Assembly: GCA_963677745.1 (NCBI GenBank)
Contig: OY782391.1
Location: forward strand, 928,001 to 992,000
DNA length: 64,000 nt
Direction: 5' to 3'
Source: Candidatus Altimarinota bacterium
GTDB taxonomy: Bacteria; Patescibacteriota; Gracilibacteria; UBA1369
Positions 1 through 7,479 of this stretch are shown here, piece after piece. The notes below the pieces were generated by a model, which searched no databases, was not told where the DNA came from, and saw only the letters and a list, made by a program, of their open reading frames with translations. Within the stretch, counting starts at the first letter, position 1, and each line of letters begins with the position of its first letter. The translations under genes were made by a program, and so were the position numbers.

Positions 1-126
1 AAAGTATCCGTAGACTCATTCCTCAGCAAAGCAGGCCTCACCAAACCGGTCGCGCAGGAAAAAATTGTTATCAAATCAAAATCCGAGCTGGAAGGTGAGC
101 ACATGGATGTCTTTTTACTTGCCTAA
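1..126 (+). CDS. 3' end of a CDS truncated by the window edge; possibly an MBL-fold metallo-hydrolase
   Basis: Frame 1 is open to TAA at 124-126 (KVSVDSFLSKAGLTKPVAQEKIVIKSKSELEGEHMDVFLLA). It resembles the C-terminus of small CPR MBL-fold proteins, but the product call is weak. Confidence 0.45.
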   Translation, partial: KVSVDSFLSKAGLTKPVAQEKIVIKSKSELEGEHMDVFLLA

Positions 127-189
127 ACCGGGCTTTTGCATATATTGAGGCCAGTCTTGCGCGGCGCATCCGCGCCGTCTGCGTCCCAC

Positions 190-264
190 GCTCCCGTAGT
201 TCAATGGATAGAACAAGGCACTCCTAAGGCCTAGATACAGGTTCGATTCCTGTCGAGAGCACCA
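190..264 (+). tRNA. tRNA-Arg (anticodon CCT)
   Basis: Cloverleaf: acceptor GCTCCCG/CGAGAGC, D-arm GTTC-AATGGATA-GAAC, anticodon loop CT-CCT-AA, T-arm ACAGG-TTCGATT-CCTGT, encoded ACCA end. Confidence 0.95.
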
Positions 265-284
265 TTTTTAGCACTGACGTCTCC

Positions 285-2219
285 TCACTCTTTCCTGCAG
301 CCCAGGTCTTTGACCGTACAGATCCCGTCGGAAACGGGTTTTTCCACGGTAACTTCTTTGATTGATTTTAACAGCTCCTCCGGGCTGAGTTTGGTGGTAT
401 CCCCGGCGGGGACTTCATTTATTACCATCATCTGACAGGAATTTCGGTCGTAGTGTACATTGGTGAAACGGAATCCCACATCGGCACCTTTTTCACCTGA
501 TACAAAGAACATGGCACCGGGTTTGGTACCGGTTTTTGTGCGTAAGGTAAAAACATTGTCGGCAAAGCTGCAATTGTTCAGATTCACCAGACCGTTCGAG
601 GAAAACATCACGCCTCCCTGTACCGTGATATTGGAAAAGGTCGAATTCAGCAAATTTACATTCGCCGGGGGCAATGAAATTACGGCAAAAGCGCGGCTCT
701 CCATGTCCCGCACGGTAACTCCGTCCAGGGTGACGCTGTCGGCGTGGGAAAAATCAAACAGTGAGTGCAGCATATCTTCATTTTTTCCGTCATCATAACC
801 GTCGGTAAAAGTTATTCCGCGTATGGTCAAATTGAGACGGCCCCTTCGTTCTTTCTCCTCTTTTTCGTAATCATTGCCCTGAATCTCGACAACCGAATTT
901 CTCCGGTCGGCATCGACTGTCACTTCCTGGGCCTGGCCCCGTTCATCCCTGGCGGCCTCAATGGTTACCTGAATTTTATATTTATCCGAAGTCCATTTGG
1001 TACTTTTTACGCCACCAACCGTTAACGATTCATGATAGGTGCCTGCGCAAATCTGCAGGGTTCCACCGCCTTTTTTCACCACTTCGTCGATTCCTGCCTG
1101 GATGGTCTGGGGGCCGGCCGCATCACAATTTACGCGGACCCTACCGCTAATATCGCCAATTGCATCCGGCGCGTCGTGCAGCAAATCCGCCTTGTGCCTC
1201 TGAGCATTACAGGTGATTACCTGCTCTTGTTCGGGAGTGAAAGAGGTCTTACAACCGTGATAATAGCTCATCATATTGTTGGCCAGCGGGGGATTGGCCA
1301 TATAAGCCGGATTCCCGCATTCAACCACTTTGCATTGATCGTCAATTTTGCAGCCGGCTTGATTGTCTTCATTATACTGGGCGGGATCGGGGGGTGTATC
1401 GCACAGGAAGTCTCCCGTCCGGTCACAGTTTTTATTCCCGGCAAGCAGATCCTGGTGGGGATGGAAAAGGCTGAATATATGGCCCATCTCATGGGGAAAT
1501 AACTCTTCAGGGTGATTGTTGTTGTCAAAACTGATGAAAATCTGGTTATTGCTTTTTTGTCCGAGCAGATCCAGACCCATTCCAAAAGCACTGCCGTACA
1601 TTTCAAAACCCAGTTCGGGCAGAATGAAGATGTTGACGGCATGTTCCACGGCATTTTTTTGGGCCAGTTCCTCGAGCCGCTTTTCGAACTGGTCATAGGT
1701 CAGGGGCTTCTCCGCCAGATATCGCTCGAAAACACGATCGTCCTGGACATCGCGAAGTTCACTGACATAAAATCCTAAATTCATTCTGGCATAAGCCTTA
1801 TTCAAACCCTGAACACCCCTGTTGACATAATCCTGGTAAATTCCTCCGAATTCAGCCCCGGAGGGCAAAATTCTATGAATTACCACCGGCACATATTTCA
1901 TTTTTTCCGGCACCTGATATTGACGTCTGATTTCGGGTAAAAAGCAATCCTGGGCCGATCCATTTCCCCTTGGGACTCCTAGTGAGCCTCTCTGAGCCAG
2001 ATAGTAGGCGCTTCCCACAGCGGTTGTTTGCAGCCCGATCAGCAAAAGTATTCTATTTCTTAATCGTCCCCGCCCCTCTGAGAGTTGGGGCAAACTTGGC
2101 TCCACCCCTGTCTGTCCGGTCAACAGTTCCGGACCCCTGCCGGACTCTGTTTTGCGAACAGTGTCTAATCTCATTTTGCCAGGACCTCCGGGAGTTTTTT
2201 TACGATTTTTTGCCGACAT
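285..2219 (-). CDS. Membrane-anchored M43 (pappalysin/ulilysin-like) zinc metalloprotease with C-terminal beta-helix-like domain
   Basis: Metzincin motif HEMGHIFSLFH, GDFLCDTPPDP, Met-turn NNMMSYY, N-terminal hydrophobic segment; C-terminal TIQAGID..GTY.E and ITFTDG pectin-lyase-like signature. Confidence 0.85.
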   Translation of the reverse strand: MSAKNRKKTPGGPGKMRLDTVRKTESGRGPELLTGQTGVEPSLPQLSEGRGRLRNRILLLIGLQTTAVGSAYYLAQRGSLGVPRGNGSAQDCFLPEIRRQYQVPEKMKYVPVVIHRILPSGAEFGGIYQDYVNRGVQGLNKAYARMNLGFYVSELRDVQDDRVFERYLAEKPLTYDQFEKRLEELAQKNAVEHAVNIFILPELGFEMYGSAFGMGLDLLGQKSNNQIFISFDNNNHPEELFPHEMGHIFSLFHPHQDLLAGNKNCDRTGDFLCDTPPDPAQYNEDNQAGCKIDDQCKVVECGNPAYMANPPLANNMMSYYHGCKTSFTPEQEQVITCNAQRHKADLLHDAPDAIGDISGRVRVNCDAAGPQTIQAGIDEVVKKGGGTLQICAGTYHESLTVGGVKSTKWTSDKYKIQVTIEAARDERGQAQEVTVDADRRNSVVEIQGNDYEKEEKERRGRLNLTIRGITFTDGYDDGKNEDMLHSLFDFSHADSVTLDGVTVRDMESRAFAVISLPPANVNLLNSTFSNITVQGGVMFSSNGLVNLNNCSFADNVFTLRTKTGTKPGAMFFVSGEKGADVGFRFTNVHYDRNSCQMMVINEVPAGDTTKLSPEELLKSIKEVTVEKPVSDGICTVKDLGCRKE

Positions 2220-2254
2220 AACACCATATTATGAGAGGTTAAAGTAACATAAAT

Positions 2255-2287
2255 CAAGAAAAAGGCAAGAAAAAAGCAAGAAAAAGC
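2255..2287. repeat. Three tandem 11-bp repeats (CAAGAAAAAGG/CAAGAAAAAAG/CAAGAAAAAGC)
   Basis: Read directly at 2255, 2266 and 2277. Confidence 0.7.
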
Positions 2288-2318
2288 GGTGAGATGTGAA
2301 GTCCCCCCGCTTTTTAAG

Positions 2319-3521
2319 TTATTTTTCCGTCCGGCCGTTCCTCATCAGCCACAGGGTAGCAATGATCGGCACTATTCCGGAAACCGCCCAGGCAAAAGAC
2401 ATCGACACTTTCTCCACCAGCAGGCCGCTCGACAACAGGCCCAGCATTCCCCCCACCTGCTGTCCCATCGACTGGCAGGAAACCAGCGTGGCTCTGTTCT
2501 TCTCTGCGGGAATTTCTTCGTGCAGCAGCGACTGCTTGATCGGGCCGAACAGTCCCCGCACCACCTCGTGCAGCAGGAAGACTGTCAGGGCCATCGGCAG
2601 GGAGCAGATCGAAGCGGTCAGCACAACTCCCAGCCCGGTACCGATCTGAATCGCCGCCAGCGCGCTCTTCTTGGTTCTGAAGGTCTGAATCACTCTTCCT
2701 GTGAAGAATGACCCGGCGATCAGAGCCAGTGAGATGGCCGCAGAGATGAAGCCCAGGGGGGTGCTGGAGGAGCCCTTGAGAAACTGGCTGAAGAAAGGCT
2801 GCCACTGCATGTTGGGGGCTGTCACCGAGAACGAGAATAGTGCCCCGGTTAGCAGCAGAAAACGGATGTTGCGGCTGCTGCGGGCAAAGGACAGGCTGCT
2901 GGTGACGGTTTTTCTGATCCGGCAGAAGCAGTTCCTCAGATCGAGCTGTTTTCGTTCGGTTTTTTGCTCCTTAATCAGAATCAGACCTGCCACTACGGCT
3001 ACCAGCTGGATTACGCCGGCCACCACCCAGGGGATTCTCATGTCCAGATCGGACAGTTTGGCCCCCAGTACGGCACCCACGACGCTGGAAATCAGTCTCC
3101 AGCGCTCGCCACCCGCCAGAATGTTGGGCAGTTTACCCGGGTATTTCTGCTGCCTGAGTCTGTCCACCATCCAGGCCTCAAAAGCGCCGTTATTGAAGGT
3201 GGAGGCAATTGCACCGAGCATTTCTGCCAGTGCAAAACCGGGAAAGGTTGTAGCTAGGGCATACAGCAGCATGCTTATACCCATCAGCAGGTAGGAGATG
3301 ATGATCGAGATCTTGCGGCCAAAGACATCTGCTATTGCCCCCGTCGGTATCTCAAATAAGAAGATGGTGGCGAAAAAGCAGAAGTTGACCATATTGGTCT
3401 CGAGGTAGCTGAGGTGGTATGACCGCAGATACATCACATAGGTGGCGATGATGAAAGCCACCCCGAAGTTGGTCAGGGCAATCAGAAAGTAAAACGACCT
3501 GATGGTGTTCCTGGCATTCAT
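2319..3521 (-). CDS. MFS transporter
   Basis: About 12 hydrophobic segments and MFS motif A (EIPTGAIADVFGRK). ATG at 3521 is preceded by a strong SD (GGAGGAGG), so it is preferred over the TTG at 3560. Confidence 0.9.
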   Translation of the reverse strand: MNARNTIRSFYFLIALTNFGVAFIIATYVMYLRSYHLSYLETNMVNFCFFATIFLFEIPTGAIADVFGRKISIIISYLLMGISMLLYALATTFPGFALAEMLGAIASTFNNGAFEAWMVDRLRQQKYPGKLPNILAGGERWRLISSVVGAVLGAKLSDLDMRIPWVVAGVIQLVAVVAGLILIKEQKTERKQLDLRNCFCRIRKTVTSSLSFARSSRNIRFLLLTGALFSFSVTAPNMQWQPFFSQFLKGSSSTPLGFISAAISLALIAGSFFTGRVIQTFRTKKSALAAIQIGTGLGVVLTASICSLPMALTVFLLHEVVRGLFGPIKQSLLHEEIPAEKNRATLVSCQSMGQQVGGMLGLLSSGLLVEKVSMSFAWAVSGIVPIIATLWLMRNGRTEK

Positions 3522-3617
3522 GGCAATCCTCCTCCAAAAATCTTTTGCCTGGGTTTTCAATGTCCCAGACAGGCAACCGGTGTTAAGCGCGCGCGTCCAC
3601 CAGGACGCACCGAGCTG

Positions 3618-3649
3618 AAAAACGCCTTTGCTTGTCTAGCGAAGGCGTT
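3618..3649 (-). terminator. Intrinsic terminator in the MFS 5' leader (attenuator)
   Basis: Minus-strand stem AACGCCTTCGC / GCAAAGGCGTT followed by TTT, upstream of the MFS start. Confidence 0.65.
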
Positions 3650-3676
3650 CTTGGCAATCAATTTCTTAATTGAAGA

Positions 3677-3799
3677 TCAAAAGGTGATCAAACCGCCCTG
3701 GCCAGATAAGCACACGAAAGTCCATGCATCGCAGACTGTCATGCCTGCAAACTGCATATACTGTGGGGAAATCTTGAGTTGGCGGTTATTATTATTCAT
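3677..3799 (-). CDS. Putative 40-aa leader peptide (MNNNNRQLKISPQYMQFAGMTVCDAWTFVCLSGQGGLITF)
   Basis: Translated by hand; lies between a sigma70-like promoter and a terminator upstream of the MFS gene. Confidence 0.5.
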   Translation of the reverse strand: MNNNNRQLKISPQYMQFAGMTVCDAWTFVCLSGQGGLITF

Positions 3800-3808
3800 C
3801 GTGGCCGC

Positions 3809-3837
3809 ATATTAGACATAAAAATGAAAAAAGTCAA
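3809..3837 (-). promoter_or_regulatory. sigma70-like promoter for leader peptide/MFS
   Basis: TTGACT-17 nt-TAATAT on the minus strand. Confidence 0.55.
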
Positions 3838-3929
3838 GCGGAGGGGGTTGATACTTGTCAGAGCAAAGCGGCAATGCTAACTTAATCAGGCTCAGAAAGC
3901 GCAGAAAACTGCGGTATCATATTACATCC

Positions 3930-5429
3930 ATGAAACTCTCCCCAGTTGGAAAAACCGTTCGGGCCAAGCTGGCTCCCCAGACCAATAATCTGAAATACCA
4001 GATCATCACTTTCGGCTGTCAGATGAATTATTCCGACAGCGAGCGCGTTGCCGCCGTCCTGCAGAAAGCGGGCTATCGCGGCACCAATGAAATTGCCGAG
4101 GCCGACCTGGTCATTTTTAATACCTGTTCAATTCGCCAGAAAGGGGAGGACCGGGTTTTTGGCATGTTGAAAAACATCGTTGGCCAAAAAAAAGTCCGTC
4201 CCAATTTATTAGTTGGCCTCACCGGCTGTATGGTACGCAAAAGCAGCTCCAGAAATTCCCGCAATGCCGACAAGGATGATCTCCTCAAACTGCTTAAGGA
4301 TCTGGATTTTGTCTTTAATATCCGTGAAACCCACAAGCTGCCGGAAGTGCTGGCCGAAGCCGAACCGCAACTGGAATTACCTCATCTGGATGAGACCGGT
4401 CTGGATGACTATCTAAAAATCCAGCCTCAATATACTTCTCCTTTTCAGGCTTCCGTCCCTCTGCAGATTGGCTGCGATAAGTATTGTACATACTGTATCG
4501 TTCCTTATTCCCGCGGCCGTGAGCAGAGCCGGCCGCTGACGGACATTGTGGCCGAATGCCGGAAACTGGTGGAAAACGGCTGTAAGGAAATCACGCTGGT
4601 AGGCCAGACGGTCAATTCCTACGGGCTTTCCGCCCTGGACCGCCAAAACGGACTTTTTGATTATTATCATTTCATTTCATCCGGCAAACATTCTGGTGTC
4701 CGGACCCCCGCGCACCGCGGTGCGCGGCCGGAATTGCCTTTCATCAGGCTGCTCCGGGAAATCAACGCTTTGGCTGAACTGGGCCTGAGCCGCCTGCGAT
4801 ATTCCTCACCCCATCCGCGCGATTTCGGTGATGAACTGATTGCCGCGCACACCGAACTGAAAACTCTCTGTCCGCATATCCATCTGCCTATCCAGGCGGG
4901 TGATAACGAGGTTTTGGCCCGCATGAACCGCAAATATACTTATGAAGAATATGCGAACAAAGTCGCCAAATTCCGCCAGGCCGTTCCCGGCGCCGCCGTC
5001 ACCACCGACGTCATTGTCGGTTTCTGCGGCGAGACGGCGGCGCAGTTTGAAAATACCCTGAAAGCCTTTCGGGAAATCCGCTGGGACCAGGCCTACATTG
5101 CCCGTTACAGCCAGCGACGCGGCACTCTGGCCAGCAAATGCTTTATCGATGATGTTTCCGCCGCCGAAAAGTCCCGCCGCTGGCATGCGGTCAACAACCT
5201 GTTGAAAGTGATTTCTTTGGAAAAAAACCGCGAATATGTGGGGCGCACACTGGAAGTTCTGGTCGAAAACCACGACCCGGCCACCGGCGAAAGTGAGGGA
5301 CGCAGCCGCGAAAACAAGGTTGTCCAGTTTCCCGGCAGTGCCGATCAGATCGGCCATCTGGTTCAAGTTAAAATCGACAATTACCTGGAATGGGTATTGA
5401 AAGGCCATTCAGTTGAGCAGCCAGGCTAG
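3930..5429 (+). CDS. miaB: tRNA-2-methylthio-N6-dimethylallyladenosine synthase MiaB
   Basis: TFGCQMN, FNTCSIR, radical-SAM CDKYCTYC, C-terminal TRAM domain. ATG at 3930 chosen over the upstream TTG. Confidence 0.93.
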   Translation: MKLSPVGKTVRAKLAPQTNNLKYQIITFGCQMNYSDSERVAAVLQKAGYRGTNEIAEADLVIFNTCSIRQKGEDRVFGMLKNIVGQKKVRPNLLVGLTGCMVRKSSSRNSRNADKDDLLKLLKDLDFVFNIRETHKLPEVLAEAEPQLELPHLDETGLDDYLKIQPQYTSPFQASVPLQIGCDKYCTYCIVPYSRGREQSRPLTDIVAECRKLVENGCKEITLVGQTVNSYGLSALDRQNGLFDYYHFISSGKHSGVRTPAHRGARPELPFIRLLREINALAELGLSRLRYSSPHPRDFGDELIAAHTELKTLCPHIHLPIQAGDNEVLARMNRKYTYEEYANKVAKFRQAVPGAAVTTDVIVGFCGETAAQFENTLKAFREIRWDQAYIARYSQRRGTLASKCFIDDVSAAEKSRRWHAVNNLLKVISLEKNREYVGRTLEVLVENHDPATGESEGRSRENKVVQFPGSADQIGHLVQVKIDNYLEWVLKGHSVEQPG

Positions 5430-5739
5430 GCTGGTCCGGTTGAGTTTTTGTAACAAACGAACTTCATAAACGTAAGAAAATCTTACCTTTGCGAATACCG
5501 CAAGTGCCGCCGGCGGTCTTCGTAAAAGTACAAAAAAATAAATAAAATTTTACTTTTACCTCAATCTGACTGGCGGGTACCTGCGCCCGCAGTAATGGCG
5601 CATGCAGCGCCAGAAATCAGGGAAAAGTTTCAATAATTTCAAAAAGGCAGAAAACTTTTATCTGGTCGGACAAGATCTTGGATTTATTAGTAAGATCTGC
5701 CATAATATTGGTCGCCCGCCAATTTGACTAGTCAGTCGC

Positions 5740-7425
5740 ATGAACAAAACAGAAACCTCTCATAAAAGCCAAAAGAAACAAAACAGCAACCGTATAACCG
5801 GGATTTTTCTGGTGATGCTGGCACTGGTACTGGTTTCCACTTTTGCCTTTTTCTACCTGCAGAAAATTTCGCAGCGTGAAAAACTGGCTGGCTTATTGCC
5901 CGCCGACCGGACAGTAGCCCTGTTGGAATTTAATATGGAGCCGGGCCGGCAGGATGCCAGACAAACTTTGGATTTGCTTTTGCAGAACCAGTCAATCAAT
6001 CAATTTTCCTCCTTTGTCCAATCGCTGATTCCTTTTCGCGAACAGTTTGAAAAATGGTTTTCGGGAAGAGGAGGTTTTTCCATACTGACCACTCCCGATG
6101 CCCAGGATTTACGGGCGGCTATTTTTTTGGGGGTCAAAGATCCGGTTGCCGCCGAGGCCTGGATTGAATCACTGTTATTGGACCCGAATGGCGACGCTCT
6201 GCTGGATGAAGACTACTACGGACAAAAACTGATCAGTTTCAAAAAAGGCCAAAGTATGCAGATACTCTGGACCAAAGAGTTCCTGGTATTGTCGGAAGAC
6301 AAGGAAATCCTGCAGGCAGTCGCTCAAACGGTTGCCGGCAGTCTGACCTCTCTGCGCGAGATCCCATCCTACAATCAGCTTTCTTCAGCCCTGCCGGAAC
6401 AGAATCTGGGATTCGGTTATCTGGATCGCGGCAGATTATTGCAAACGCTGGCCCGCAATGAGCAGTTTCTGTCAGGCCGACTGGCACTTTTTAAATTGTA
6501 TTTTCCTCTGATTAATCTGGTCGGCACTGAAGGAGTCGCTCTCCGCCTGTCCACCGGGCCAGGCGGCCAACCCGTTCTGATCGCCCGCCATCTTTCGCTT
6601 TTCCGTCCCTCCGCGCTTTCCGACCGGACTCTGTTTGAAACCGGTTATTTTTATGACGGTAAACTGGAAAAGTATGCACCTTCGGATAGTCTGTTTTTGG
6701 TCGGAGGAAACAATCTTCTGGCTCAGAAAAACAAACTCCAGAATTACCTGGCCGGAGGTTCCTCTCTGGATCAGTTGCTGATGGCTGGTTTGCAGGGAGC
6801 GCTGCAGGATGCCCTTAGTTCACAGTCACAAAAGGCCAACCTGGACTCCGATTTCTTCCCGCTATTTCAGAAAAATTATCTGTTTACCCTCAATCCGGTA
6901 AAAGGGGGAATACCCGGTTTTGGTTTGTTAATTGAGTCCGCCCAACCGGAAAACGACCTGTTGAAACTCACCAAGATTGTACGCAATTTCGCGCCGAAAC
7001 TGGCGGCGGAATTCCTGGCCAAACCTATCCCCATGACCCTGCCCGACGGAACGGTTGGCAGTGAAATGAAAGCGGAAATTACCGATCCTTCCAGAAAGGA
7101 AATTATGATTGAAGGCCACCGGGTCGATCAGCTCGAGTTTTCTCCGAATTTCAGTATTTACCTGCTGGCTGAAGCCGAAAAACAGCTTCTGTTGGCTACC
7201 GATTCACTGTCAATGGTGAAAAACATTTTGGAAAAATCTTCCGCCGCCCAACAGGAATCGGCTGATTACGGTCTGGAAAAACCGACCGAGGTCTATTTTC
7301 TGGACATGGAAAGCTTGATCAGATTCATACCTGAATTGAAAGGTCTGTCGCCCCTCAAATATCTGAAGGTTGCTAGAAAATTCAGCGAAATTGGTATACT
7401 CTCAACTTACCAGATTGGATTTTAA
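5740..7425 (+). CDS. Membrane-anchored protein, DUF3352-like
   Basis: 561 aa, basic N-terminus plus one TM helix, then LLPADRTVALLEF; family call from pattern only. Confidence 0.6.
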   Translation: MNKTETSHKSQKKQNSNRITGIFLVMLALVLVSTFAFFYLQKISQREKLAGLLPADRTVALLEFNMEPGRQDARQTLDLLLQNQSINQFSSFVQSLIPFREQFEKWFSGRGGFSILTTPDAQDLRAAIFLGVKDPVAAEAWIESLLLDPNGDALLDEDYYGQKLISFKKGQSMQILWTKEFLVLSEDKEILQAVAQTVAGSLTSLREIPSYNQLSSALPEQNLGFGYLDRGRLLQTLARNEQFLSGRLALFKLYFPLINLVGTEGVALRLSTGPGGQPVLIARHLSLFRPSALSDRTLFETGYFYDGKLEKYAPSDSLFLVGGNNLLAQKNKLQNYLAGGSSLDQLLMAGLQGALQDALSSQSQKANLDSDFFPLFQKNYLFTLNPVKGGIPGFGLLIESAQPENDLLKLTKIVRNFAPKLAAEFLAKPIPMTLPDGTVGSEMKAEITDPSRKEIMIEGHRVDQLEFSPNFSIYLLAEAEKQLLLATDSLSMVKNILEKSSAAQQESADYGLEKPTEVYFLDMESLIRFIPELKGLSPLKYLKVARKFSEIGILSTYQIGF

Positions 7426-7479
7426 TCCAGGCAGATCGGAAGCAGTCCGGGTCTGCGACAAATAAATAACGGAAACCAA

